A stretch of DNA of 64,000 nt from an uncultured Candidatus Saccharibacteria bacterium (GCA_964615415.1 CAZTNI010000001.1:176746-240745), one strand, 5' to 3'. Numbered from the stretch's first letter, positions 19,031-28,251 are shown. Program-made: numbers and translations. The notes: generated from the sequence alone by a model not told the origin.

Positions 19031-19450
19031 TTAGAACGGCGATCGCTCGATAACGACGCGGCAGGCGCCGTACGGATTGCGATAGCCGGACTCGTATGCC
19101 TTCTGGAAAGCATTCTCGTTCGCCTGCCGCTGGCTCCACTGAGAGCCGGCCGTGAAGGTGCGGATCGCGTAGCCGTCGTTGCAGTAGAGGCCCGCGAGCC
19201 ACCAGTCGCGCTCGACCGATACACCATTCGCGCAGTTGTACGCATTGCGAATGTTGCACTGATAGAGCGCTTCCGTACGAGCATCTTCCTCGTAGTAGTA
19301 GCCCCATGCGTAGCCCCAGCCGTCGCCATCGCGATTCATCGAGATGGAATGCCACATCGTGGTATACCCGCCACGTTGCGCGTGTGCGGCCGGAATAATG
19401 GCCGCGAGAGAACCTACGGCCACAAGAGTCGCAATCAGAAACTTCCGCAT
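19031..19450 (-). CDS. secreted DUF4189-like Cys-containing protein
   Basis: Signal peptide, GWGYAW..A..EAL.QC....C pattern, AGGAGG SD. Confidence 0.65.
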   Translation of the reverse strand: MRKFLIATLVAVGSLAAIIPAAHAQRGGYTTMWHSISMNRDGDGWGYAWGYYYEEDARTEALYQCNIRNAYNCANGVSVERDWWLAGLYCNDGYAIRTFTAGSQWSQRQANENAFQKAYESGYRNPYGACRVVIERSPF

Positions 19451-19551
19451 TTCCAAGCCTCCTTTGGTTGTGGAGAACAAGCCCTCCTACGGCAGGATCA
19501 TAGCAAGCTCAGCAGTAGCGTCAATGGGTGCAACGCACAACTCGCAAGGTT

Positions 19552-20340
19552 TTACTCTACGCTCGCCAACAAATTCAGCATCGCCGTTTGTTGTTCAAGG
19601 TGGCCATGCTGGGCTTCGACGTTGGTGTAGGGGATCCTTGCTTGCCCGGCATAGACCGAAAGCGACCCGTCATTTTTTGGCGAAGAACTCTGCTCGGCAA
19701 TGTTCATGCCTGCGGCAGCGAGCGCATCATAGACGGCTGCTTCCGTAGTAAAGAAGAAGTCGTCTTTGTCTCTGTCGGGATTTTGATTAATCCGACTCGC
19801 ATTACCTGCTTCGCTTCCTCCATCGTAATAACTTTCAATGGAGAAGTTGTTGTTTGTATTGTTGTGAAGCGCAACCAAGCGTCCTCGACGCGTTCGGAAA
19901 TTATCTATCACTCCTAGTAGGGTCTGCGCCACGCCTGCGACTGCTTGGCGTGCCTCGTCGGAATACGTCCCGCCTTGTTCTTGAAGTGTGTTCTGGATCC
20001 CTTCGTCCGTAAAGATGCGGTTCGGGTCGCACTCATAGCGGACACCGTTTAGTGTGAAGGTAATGTTCCGCGTGCCACCGTACTTTAGTTGTATCAGTGT
20101 GCCACCTCTTTCAGACAAGACCGTGTGTGCCGCTTCGACACAGGTGTTTTCCGAGTCGTGCGGCGCAAAGTAAGTGAGTCCTGGGCCATACAAAGAGACC
20201 CATACTGCAACTGCGGAGTCTCCCAGCGGTATAGCGTTTCCATACTGTGCCTGTGCGGACCCTGCTTTGGCAAACAGGCTTGCGCCTGCGAATGCTGCCG
20301 CACCGCGCAAGAAGCCGCGCTTTGTTATAAGGCCGTCCAT
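19552..20340 (-). CDS. exported putative Zn-hydrolase (M14-like motifs) with Tat-like signal
   Basis: TKRGFLRG signal, HDSE (HxxE), DPNR, ALHNN, NVEA. Confidence 0.6.
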   Translation of the reverse strand: MDGLITKRGFLRGAAAFAGASLFAKAGSAQAQYGNAIPLGDSAVAVWVSLYGPGLTYFAPHDSENTCVEAAHTVLSERGGTLIQLKYGGTRNITFTLNGVRYECDPNRIFTDEGIQNTLQEQGGTYSDEARQAVAGVAQTLLGVIDNFRTRRGRLVALHNNTNNNFSIESYYDGGSEAGNASRINQNPDRDKDDFFFTTEAAVYDALAAAGMNIAEQSSSPKNDGSLSVYAGQARIPYTNVEAQHGHLEQQTAMLNLLASVE

Positions 20341-20485
20341 GTGTTTCCCCGTGAAGATCTAAAGAAAGTCCTCGCGTAGTATACATAGATGCACACGATA
20401 TAAAAACGAGACAACACTTTACAAATTTTACAATGATGGTAATGTGTAAACAGATAAAGTAGCTACAGAACCAGAGGAGGCGTGT

Positions 20486-20860
20486 ATGAATGTGATACCG
20501 ACGAGCCTCGACGTTCTTCGGGCACAGATGTCGCAGCTTGATGCGACCATGATCCTAGTTATTTCCAGGGCGTTTGAAGGTAAGTCTGACGCAGCTATTG
20601 CAGAAACATTGTCCCCTGCGTGGGGCATAGGCGCAGGCTCTGTTGCTCGGGCATGGGAGGGAATGTTTAGGATTTTCGGACTCTCTGGAGCAACATACTC
20701 GGTAGAGCAGAAAAAGTCGCAAATCCTTGCACTGTTTGCGCGATATGCAGAGACGCTGCCACCGACGTTCCGTCCTACGCTGCTTCGCGTGAAGAAGAAA
20801 AAGAAGCAACCGCAGCAGAAAAAGTTTGCTCTCCGCGCTAGCAATAAAGTGCAGATATAA
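20486..20860 (+). CDS. hypothetical protein, basic C-terminus
   Basis: GAGGAGG SD, terminator downstream. Confidence 0.6.
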   Translation: MNVIPTSLDVLRAQMSQLDATMILVISRAFEGKSDAAIAETLSPAWGIGAGSVARAWEGMFRIFGLSGATYSVEQKKSQILALFARYAETLPPTFRPTLLRVKKKKKQPQQKKFALRASNKVQI

Positions 20861-20910
20861 AAAGCCCCGCATCCGTCAGTCGACGGAGGCGGGGTTTCTT
20901 TTTGTGTGTG

Positions 20911-21402
20911 CTATACGGAAGTGGGAACAGATTCGCCTGCCATGATGTCACGGATTACCTTAAGCTGGTCTGCATGTAGCGTCCGTTCGTTAAATCCGCG
21001 AGCGTAGTTGCGACCCCAGAGGGGATCGTGAACTTTTAAACCAAGCGGTTCAAAAGGCCATGATGTTTTATAGCGAGGAATAAAATGTACGTGTATGTGG
21101 TGGTTGTGGCCTTCCTCATTTCCAAATTGTGCATCGTTGAGGCGAAAGTTCACATCGTATAGGACGTTGTACCCGAGCTTCCTGCAGTCCGCGATCACGT
21201 CGCTCACGATTACTTTGTAGCACTCGAGGATTGCCTTGCTGGGAAGGTTGGCTATGCTGGCCCCCTCTCCTTCGTGTGGGACGCGGTCCTTCCACCAGGC
21301 GTAGCAGCGGCCCAAGTAGGGTATCTGCTTTTCGTGTAATACGAGCGTCCAATATTTGTAGTCGCGGATGATCAGTGGCTGGTACCGTTCGCCAAGTAGC
21401 AT
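20911..21402 (-). CDS. HIT family hydrolase
   Basis: HIHVHFIPRY histidine triad; GAGG SD before ATG 21402. Confidence 0.85.
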   Translation of the reverse strand: MLLGERYQPLIIRDYKYWTLVLHEKQIPYLGRCYAWWKDRVPHEGEGASIANLPSKAILECYKVIVSDVIADCRKLGYNVLYDVNFRLNDAQFGNEEGHNHHIHVHFIPRYKTSWPFEPLGLKVHDPLWGRNYARGFNERTLHADQLKVIRDIMAGESVPTSV

Positions 21403-21473
21403 AGTACTTTTCCTCTCTTGAGTTGCGTCTGGCTCGACTCTATATCGCTCTTGTATATATGTAAAGCAAAAGA

Positions 21474-21504
21474 AAAGCGCAGCGTTTTTAATACGCTGCG
21501 CTTT
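21474..21504. terminator. intrinsic terminator (near-duplicate at 23461)
   Basis: AAAGCGCAGCGT...ACGCTGCGCTTT. Confidence 0.75.
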
Positions 21505-21509
21505 AGAGC

Positions 21510-21926
21510 TTATGGCTTCCAGTATTTTGGTCCATAGGTTCCGTCGGGTTTTGTCTCGAGTTGCATGATGGGGTTGCGGATGTGTGCCCAGGCGACCACC
21601 ACCGCGCAAAGGCCAACGAGGCCGCCGGGAGTAAGTAGCCAATACCTCCACGGCTCGGAGAGAAAGTGTCCCACCAATAACGCAACAATGAGATACGAGA
21701 GACACCACAGGATCACGAAGTCGCACCGCCGGCGGATCAGAGTGTTGCGCTCCTCGGCCTTGATAGCAGCGTGCAAGTAGTGGCGCGACCATGTGCGGTA
21801 TCTGCGATCACGCGCGTCGACTAAGCCTCTGATCTCTTCGTCGCGGCGTGTCACTAGTCGTTCCACCTCCTCGTCAGTCACGTTTGGAGTGAAGACAAAG
21901 TCTGGCTGTGGCTTGCGGCCGAACAT
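21510..21926 (-). CDS. hypothetical membrane protein (2 TM)
   Basis: AAGGAG SD, two hydrophobic helices. Confidence 0.65.
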   Translation of the reverse strand: MFGRKPQPDFVFTPNVTDEEVERLVTRRDEEIRGLVDARDRRYRTWSRHYLHAAIKAEERNTLIRRRCDFVILWCLSYLIVALLVGHFLSEPWRYWLLTPGGLVGLCAVVVAWAHIRNPIMQLETKPDGTYGPKYWKP

Positions 21927-22060
21927 GGATGTACTCCTTTCTATATAAGAGGGCAGTTCTAAGCTTGTTATAGCAGATCTGTCAGAAAAATCACTGATGC
22001 GTTTGAAAAAGAAAAAGCCCCGCCAATGGCGGGGCTTGATGAATGGGGAAGATAAGGTGC

Positions 22061-22627
22061 CTAGGCGGCGACGCTTATCTTTGGCTTGGTGTGCAGCTGC
22101 AGCGCCGCGGCAAGCGCAGTGATGGCAACATGCATCTCCAGGATCTTCCAGGCGGGGAGGGTGACGAGAACATCGGAGCGACCCTCGCTCGCGTCGGCCG
22201 CGACGGTCGTGAGGCCGTCGAGTGCAACATGCGCCGCTTCGCCGTTGTAGAAGGTGTTGTCGCGACTGAGGGTCGTGTCCTTCACGTGGTTGAACAGAGC
22301 GCCCCAGTCGGTTGGCAGCGAAGCCGAGAAGACCCCCTGGCCGGCGTAGCGCTGGAAGGCGTCCACGACGATCTCATGGATGCCTCCATGCTGCCGCGAA
22401 GGCTTCCATGGCTCGGCTGATTCGACCCGGAGGTCGAACGCTGCGAGCGCCTCGGGTTCCGTCATGAAGTGCTCGGACCCCATGGCATTGAAGTTGCCAT
22501 TGTCGAGCTCGGCGTACACGACAGAATAGACCGTGAGGCCCATAAGGCCGTAGTAGCTGTCCACGGCCTCGACGTGCAGCAGGTCCCCATTGGGGAACGC
22601 GTGCTTCTTGATTTCGCGACTGGTCAC
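22061..22627 (-). CDS. hypothetical protein, GC-rich
   Basis: AGGAG SD before GTG 22627, TTGACA/TATAAT promoter, terminator downstream. Confidence 0.65.
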   Translation of the reverse strand: MTSREIKKHAFPNGDLLHVEAVDSYYGLMGLTVYSVVYAELDNGNFNAMGSEHFMTEPEALAAFDLRVESAEPWKPSRQHGGIHEIVVDAFQRYAGQGVFSASLPTDWGALFNHVKDTTLSRDNTFYNGEAAHVALDGLTTVAADASEGRSDVLVTLPAWKILEMHVAITALAAALQLHTKPKISVAA

Positions 22628-22771
22628 TGCGAGTCTCCTGTTGTTGTGCGCACGGAATGTGCGCGAATCGTCCAATGTGTATTATATACCATTTAAAGTG
22701 TTTTGTCAAGCCAAATAATGGCTTTAAATATAAAAGAAAAAGCCTCGCGCTGTGTGCGCGAGGCTCAATTG

Positions 22772-22972
22772 CTAGATCCGAATGCCGTTGCGGTGGCTGC
22801 GCAAGGTCTTGCGCTTGCTGTTGTAAGCGTCACGGTAGCGCCACCACTTGCGGCTCCAACTCCAAGAGTTGGGGTGGGGGAAAAAGTTCACGTCATCGAT
22901 CCGGTTCCGATAATTCTGGTTCCGGTAACGATACTGAAGATTCACCACATTCGGACTGGACTGCATGCTCAT
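22772..22972 (-). CDS. small basic Trp/Arg-rich hypothetical protein
   Basis: AGGTG SD, terminator directly after the stop. Confidence 0.4.
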   Translation of the reverse strand: MSMQSSPNVVNLQYRYRNQNYRNRIDDVNFFPHPNSWSWSRKWWRYRDAYNSKRKTLRSHRNGIRI

Positions 22973-23044
22973 GCATCACCTTTTGGTTGTTAAGGTATAT
23001 GCATGTGTACCTCCGTTGGTTAGAGGAAGGGAACGAACGCTCTG

Positions 23045-23392
23045 TTAACGCAGTGGTCCGACGAACGCTTTGATCTCAGAAACTTTTTCCTCGAGTCTGT
23101 CTGCTACCCATTCCAACATTTTTTCTCGAACTAGTGCGGTGGGCAAATCTTTCCCGTGGCGCCAATCGAAAAGAAAGTTGGTTACAGTTATGCCCTCGGG
23201 CAATTCTGTATTTACTGGGTTAAAGCCGCCATGGTCGATCGCTGTGGCGAGGATCACAGCAAACTCCTCGTCACTCAATGGTTGGTCCAGATGGCCTTGT
23301 AATATTGAGCGGATGACGTTTGCCTGATTCTCTAGGTACGAGAGTGTGTATACGGCGGTTAGCCATCCGTGGGATCCGTTCCGAAGAGTCAT
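23045..23392 (-). CDS. hypothetical protein
   Basis: TTGACA/TATAAT promoter, AAGGA SD before ATG 23392. Confidence 0.65.
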   Translation of the reverse strand: MTLRNGSHGWLTAVYTLSYLENQANVIRSILQGHLDQPLSDEEFAVILATAIDHGGFNPVNTELPEGITVTNFLFDWRHGKDLPTALVREKMLEWVADRLEEKVSEIKAFVGPLR

Positions 23393-23498
23393 GTGCAAAT
23401 CCTTGTTCGTGATAACGTCTGCGAATAGATTATAACAAATAATATTTTTGTCAAGTAAAGAAAAAGCGCAGCGTCTTAAAACGCTGCGCACGGGTTAT

Positions 23499-23900
23499 CT
23501 AATCTTCGGCATCTGGAATTTCACCGAAGGGTTTTCCAAAGAAGCGCTCGGTGTCCTCGATGAGTTGTTGAAATTCTCTGCTACTGCGTTGCTCGCGTGC
23601 CAAGTTTTGGTAATGGTTACCGACGGGCGGGGCACCAACACCATCTCGTAACCATTCCTCACTGCACTTCAGATGTGCGGCGCACATCTTGATGAGTGTA
23701 GGTTGAATATGAATCGGGGCTACGATAAAACCCTTTTCTTCCCATCTTGTCCATACAGATGGTAAGAAGCCTAAAGCAGCTGCGCAGCCTGCTACACGTT
23801 CCTCGCGTTGTTCGCGAGCGTAGCGCAACCGACCTTGCACGGTAGTGAGGTCAAGTCCGGGCGTCACAGTAACAATAGTTGTTAAGGGGGTGTCACTCAC
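23499..23900 (-). CDS. XRE-like helix-turn-helix protein
   Basis: GRLRYARE...AAALG...WTRWE...L..SEEWL..G pattern; AGGAG SD before GTG 23900. Confidence 0.6.
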   Translation of the reverse strand: MSDTPLTTIVTVTPGLDLTTVQGRLRYAREQREERVAGCAAALGFLPSVWTRWEEKGFIVAPIHIQPTLIKMCAAHLKCSEEWLRDGVGAPPVGNHYQNLAREQRSSREFQQLIEDTERFFGKPFGEIPDAED

Positions 23901-24006
23901 TGCAAGCTCCTGTGGTGTTTCGTCTGCATGTACCTTATCGAGAGGAAGATTTTTTGTAAAGCAATCAAAAAGAAAAAACCGCCAAATGGCGGCTTTTCTT
24001 TTTATG

Positions 24007-24380
24007 TGGAAGTGGGCGGAGTTGAACCGCCGTGCAACACAAGTCCTCGTACACATCTACAGAAGATAGACTATCTTATTTTCTTGGACTCAATCGTAAG
24101 AGATAGACAGAATAAAATTGAGCTGCAGCTTCATAGTTTCAATTACTGAGCGAAGCGGTTCTCAGTAACTAGAGCCTGAAATATAACACTCGGTCTCCAT
24201 ACTCAGACACTCTGGAGCGAATGTGATTATGCGCGCGCTGTTGCGAACGATAGATCATTCACCGAGAAATACGGTGATTTAACTGATTTTGCAGTTATGG
24301 TTTGGCACATTTTTAAGAAGGTATGCCACTTCTCTCCTGCATGTAGGAAGATAATTGTATTGTCTAAGCCTGTCACTCCC
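24007..24380 (-). ncRNA. ssrA: tmRNA
   Basis: 5' GGGAGTGACAGGCTTAGAC; 3' T-arm GGCGGTTCAACTCCGCC-CACTTCC-A with G3.U70; tag ORF after ATAACT-GCA; near smpB. Confidence 0.92.
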
Positions 24381-24491
24381 CGAAGTAGCACAAAAGATTT
24401 CCGGGCACTAAGTCGAGCGCGACGGCGCGAGACAGAGAAATTTCTTAGCAAAGAAATTTCGGTGACCGAGAATCTTTTGTGCTACATCGGG
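24379..24491. repeat. long palindrome with two internal hairpins abutting the tmRNA 5' end
   Basis: About 30-bp arms CCCGAAGTAGCACAAAAGATT.../...AATCTTTTGTGCTACATCGGG. Confidence 0.75.
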
Positions 24492-24502
24492 AAGGGCCTA
24501 GA

Positions 24503-24998
24503 GAATAAGTGTTCAAATGTGGCGGGGAACATATACGCGTTCCCCGCAGTATGGAAAGGTTAGTCGTCGGGATGGAAGATGTAGTCCTCGGACCCGAGAC
24601 AGTACTCCTCGAGGTCGTCCTCCGGAGCTTCCGCTTCCGGATTGGTCGAGTCGAGAAGGCCTGCGGCGATACGGTCGAGCGGATCGAGTACTTCGTCCTC
24701 GACGAGATCGTCGTCCGGGCAGTCGTCGCACTCGTGGTGAACGCGAGCGTGCGCACCGTGGCCGTCGAAGTGCATCTCGAAGCGAGCCTCGTGGTCGTCG
24801 ATGCGAGACTCCTGCTCCGCGTGTCTCCGGAGCGTTGCCGCATGACGTTGCGCCTTGCGACGCTCCTTCTCCGCCCAGGAGAGTCTCCTGTGCGAGCGGG
24901 GTTGGTCGTCTTCTTGCGTTCCGTACTGTCCGTACAACTTTTCCTCCTTTGGTTCTTTTCCAAATTGTGGCGCACACGCCACATTTGAACACTTATTC
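24503..24998. mobile_element. one-gene cassette bounded by perfect 22-bp inverted repeats
   Basis: GAATAAGTGTTCAAATGTGGCG (24503-24524) and its exact reverse complement (24977-24998); GC-rich interior; mobility is inferred only. Confidence 0.5.
24560..24937 (-). CDS. acidic, His-rich hypothetical protein
   Basis: AAGGAGG SD before TTG 24937; hairpin after the stop. Confidence 0.6.
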   Translation of the reverse strand: MYGQYGTQEDDQPRSHRRLSWAEKERRKAQRHAATLRRHAEQESRIDDHEARFEMHFDGHGAHARVHHECDDCPDDDLVEDEVLDPLDRIAAGLLDSTNPEAEAPEDDLEEYCLGSEDYIFHPDD

Positions 24999-25436
24999 GT
25001 TTTTCAATGTCCTGCGCATTTCGCGCTCCGTGTCCCGCTTCTTTAAGACGGCACGTTTGTCGAATGCTTTCCGACCGCGCGCGGCTGCCACGCGCAGCTT
25101 TAATACATCTCCTTTATTATACACCGAAAGTGGCACTACTGTCAAGCCTTTTTGACCCTCATATTCGGCCAGTTTTTCTATCTCCTCCTTGGTGAGGAGT
25201 AGTTTGCGGCTGCGCTCTGGGTCGTAGTCGGTTGGCGTGTTTGCTGCCTGGTAGGGTGGCACCGACATGCCTACTATATATGCTTCGCCGCCGCGTACTA
25301 TTATATGCGCGCCGTCTAATTTTCCGTTCCCTCCACGCAGCGACTTTACTTCGAAGCCAAGGAGCTCTAAGCCCGCCTCGAATTCCTCGAGGACCTCGTA
25401 GTTAAGTCGCGCTTTTTTGTTCTCTATAAGAGACAT
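24993..25436 (-). CDS. smpB: SsrA-binding protein
   Basis: NKKARLNY, EAGLELLGFEVKSLR, RKLLL, GRKAFDKR. Confidence 0.97.
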   Translation of the reverse strand: MSLIENKKARLNYEVLEEFEAGLELLGFEVKSLRGGNGKLDGAHIIVRGGEAYIVGMSVPPYQAANTPTDYDPERSRKLLLTKEEIEKLAEYEGQKGLTVVPLSVYNKGDVLKLRVAAARGRKAFDKRAVLKKRDTEREMRRTLKNE

Positions 25437-25482
25437 GCGCTCAGTATACCGCTATAGCACAAAATGCTATACTGCCCCTACA

Positions 25483-27435
25483 ATGCCAGAACAAAAAGAT
25501 ACCCAGGGTGGACCGGGGAACAAGCGCGGTCCTCGTAAACTGCCTCCTGTACCGAAGATGCCGCGTGGCGATTCCTTTTGGATTAACTTCGCTATGAGCG
25601 TCGTGCTCTTCTTGCTGCTTGCAGGGGCGTATACGTACTTTGTAGGTGCAGGGAAAGATACGCCGGAAGACATTCCTGTTTCGCAGCTTGCGACCGACAT
25701 TGTCGCAGGAAAGGTGACCACTATCGTTGTGGATGGCGACAACCTCGACATTACCTACGCGGACAAGACAGAAAAAACATCTAAAAAGGAGCCTGACACC
25801 GCGCTTACCGAAACACTCACTAACTATGGCGTATCGACACAAGCGCTCGGCAAAGTTGCCATCGACATTAAACGCCAAAGTTCGTGGCAGTTTTGGTTGA
25901 CCGCACTCGCTCCGTTTTTAGCACCGCTTCTCTTGATCGGATTCTTTATCTGGTACCTCTCGCGACAAGTGCGCGGCGCAGGCGTACAGGCATTCTCTTT
26001 CGGCCAGAGTAAGCCACGCTTAATCGACCCGAACGATGCGGGGCAGCGTGTCACGTTTAAAGATGTTGCAGGTGCAAAGGAAGCAAAAGTAGAATTGCTC
26101 GAAATCGTCGACTTCCTGCGTAATCCAAAGAAATTCCTCGACATTGGCGCGCGTATTCCGAAAGGTATTCTGTTGATGGGTGCGCCAGGTACGGGCAAGA
26201 CTTTGCTTGCGCGCGCAGTTGCGGGCGAGGCAGGTGTGCCGTTTTTCTCTATCTCAGGATCAGAATTCGTTGAGATGTTTGTGGGCGTTGGTGCATCCCG
26301 CGTGCGCGACCTCTTTTTAACTGCAAAGAAGGCGGCGCCAGCGATTATCTTCGTCGACGAAATTGATGCCGTTGGCCGCGTGCGTGGTACGGGTGTGGGC
26401 GGTGGTAACGATGAACGCGAACAAACTTTGAACCAGATTCTTGTCGAGATGGACGGCTTTGAGCCGAATGAAAAAGTTATCGTTATGGCGGCGACGAACC
26501 GTCCTGATGTCCTGGACCCCGCACTCCTTCGTCCGGGCCGCTTCGACCGTCGCGTGTTTATTGACCTTCCGGACCGTACGGACCGCCTTGAAATCCTTAC
26601 TATCCATGCACGCAAGAAGCCACTTGCAGAAGACGTTAACCTTGAGGTGATTGCAGAGCGCACGCCAGGTTTCTCTGGTGCCGACCTCTACTCCTTGATG
26701 AACGAAGGTGCGATTCTTGCGGCGCGCGAAAACCGCAAAACCGTTGCGCAGTTCGACCTCATCCGCTCTATTGAAAAAGTGATGCTCGGTCCGGAACGCC
26801 GCTCGCATGTCTTAAATAAAAAAGAGAAGGAAATTACTGCCTATCACGAAGCTGGCCACGCGCTTGTCGCGTCGGTGCTTCCATACGCAGATCCGGTACA
26901 TAAAATTTCTATCATCAGTCGTGGTCGCGCTGGCGGCTACACGCTAAAGCTTCCATTCGATGACCGTAAGCTCCAAAGTAAGCGTGAGTTCCTCGACGAT
27001 ATTGCAATGTCACTTGGTGGATACGTTGCAGAGCGTGAAGTCTTTGGCGATGTTACGACTGGACCATCAAACGACTTGCAAGTGTTGACCGCGCTTGCGC
27101 GTGACATGGTGACTCGTTACGGCATGTCGGAAAAAATGGGCACGGTAGCACTTACGGGTGATGGTGGTCGCGCCATGTTTGGTAGTGGTGTCGAAGGTAA
27201 AGAACACTCGGACAAAGTATCTGCAGAAATTGATAGTGAGGTAAAGCGCATTGTTGACGAGGCGTACGACAAAGCGACAAAGATTGTAAAAGACTACCGT
27301 CACGTGCTTGATGCTATCGCGAAGCGACTTGTTGAAGTAGAAAATATTGAACGCGAAGAATTTGAAACTATTCTTGTTGCGCACGGGATCCAGCCGAAAC
27401 GCAAACAAGACATAGAGCATCAGCCGATCGTATAG
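25483..27435 (+). CDS. ftsH: ATP-dependent zinc metalloprotease FtsH
   Basis: 2 [27 protein letters not shown]. Confidence 0.97.
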   Translation: MPEQKDTQGGPGNKRGPRKLPPVPKMPRGDSFWINFAMSVVLFLLLAGAYTYFVGAGKDTPEDIPVSQLATDIVAGKVTTIVVDGDNLDITYADKTEKTSKKEPDTALTETLTNYGVSTQALGKVAIDIKRQSSWQFWLTALAPFLAPLLLIGFFIWYLSRQVRGAGVQAFSFGQSKPRLIDPNDAGQRVTFKDVAGAKEAKVELLEIVDFLRNPKKFLDIGARIPKGILLMGAPGTGKTLLARAVAGEAGVPFFSISGSEFVEMFVGVGASRVRDLFLTAKKAAPAIIFVDEIDAVGRVRGTGVGGGNDEREQTLNQILVEMDGFEPNEKVIVMAATNRPDVLDPALLRPGRFDRRVFIDLPDRTDRLEILTIHARKKPLAEDVNLEVIAERTPGFSGADLYSLMNEGAILAARENRKTVAQFDLIRSIEKVMLGPERRSHVLNKKEKEITAYHEAGHALVASVLPYADPVHKISIISRGRAGGYTLKLPFDDRKLQSKREFLDDIAMSLGGYVAEREVFGDVTTGPSNDLQVLTALARDMVTRYGMSEKMGTVALTGDGGRAMFGSGVEGKEHSDKVSAEIDSEVKRIVDEAYDKATKIVKDYRHVLDAIAKRLVEVENIEREEFETILVAHGIQPKRKQDIEHQPIV

Positions 27436-27440
27436 ACTAC

Positions 27441-27525
27441 ATAAAACTCCTCCTGAAAAAGTCCTCGGTTCTCCCGTATCGGCTCGGAGCCTCTCGGGCC
27501 AGACTATTTTCATGAGGAGTTTTAT
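27441..27525. repeat. palindromic element copy 2
   Basis: Arms ATAAAACTCCTC...GAGGAGTTTTAT; core 27461-27474 and 27497-27504. Confidence 0.85.
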
Positions 27526-27576
27526 TCTGTCTGTGAAATAGAAAGATCCCCCGGCCAAAAGGTCGGGGGATCAGTG

Positions 27577-28251
27577 TTAACGAAGAGCGAGTTGGACAGC
27601 GTCCAGGTCGTGGAGGTTGCGCGGAGGATTCTCCGCGATCTCCAGGTAGAGGTAGCTTCCGGGGATTCCCGGGCCACTCCCTGGGTCGCCGATGGGGTCG
27701 CCGCGAACGACGACCACCAGGCGGCAGCCGGTGTCGGTGCTGGCGATCGCTGCGGGCGAACGGCCGGCGTTGTAGACGACGACCGGCAGCTCGAACTCCG
27801 CCGCAACAACCGATGCCATCTGGCCGCCACCGCTGTGGGCAGTCAGGAAGACATGGTAGCCGGGGTAGGTGTCAAGCACCTCCGCAACGAAGTCTGTTGC
27901 GTGTGGCGATGCACCTCCGTGCACGAGCCGTCGGACACCTGCCACAAGCAGGTCGCCCGCGCTGAGGTTGTCGATCGCCACGACCACGGTACGGGTCGTG
28001 CTGTTGACGAACGCTGCGGCATGGAAGGCCGAGCGGTCCACCTCGAGCGTCCGCTCGAAGCCGCTCGGGGAACCCGAAGGGCCGTCGACGGCGAGAACAA
28101 ACGGCAGGAACGACCTCGCGGTCGTCAGTCGAGCGTTCTCGCTCGTGAGCGAGAAGTAGGGGCCTGCGGACGTAACTCCGCAGGTGGTGCTGGCGAGCGC
28201 CGGAGTCGCGAGTGCGACCACGGCAATAAAAGCATAGAAAAGCTTGCGCAT
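27577..28251 (-). CDS. secreted lipase-like alpha/beta hydrolase
   Basis: Signal peptide, TAHSGGG nucleophile elbow, GDPI Asp, LHDL His; AAGGAGG SD. Confidence 0.7.
   Translation of the reverse strand: MRKLFYAFIAVVALATPALASTTCGVTSAGPYFSLTSENARLTTARSFLPFVLAVDGPSGSPSGFERTLEVDRSAFHAAAFVNSTTRTVVVAIDNLSAGDLLVAGVRRLVHGGASPHATDFVAEVLDTYPGYHVFLTAHSGGGQMASVVAAEFELPVVVYNAGRSPAAIASTDTGCRLVVVVRGDPIGDPGSGPGIPGSYLYLEIAENPPRNLHDLDAVQLALR

Noticed and set aside
20911-21792. 293-aa extension of the HIT ORF
   Set aside because: The upstream part crosses a terminator and another gene; the real start is 21402
24227-24451. 74-aa ORF over tmRNA
   Set aside because: Chance upstream extension of the tag reading frame
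24445-25155. Several overlapping ORFs in multiple frames
   Set aside because: Explained by high GC; only 24560-24937 has an SD and a downstream hairpin
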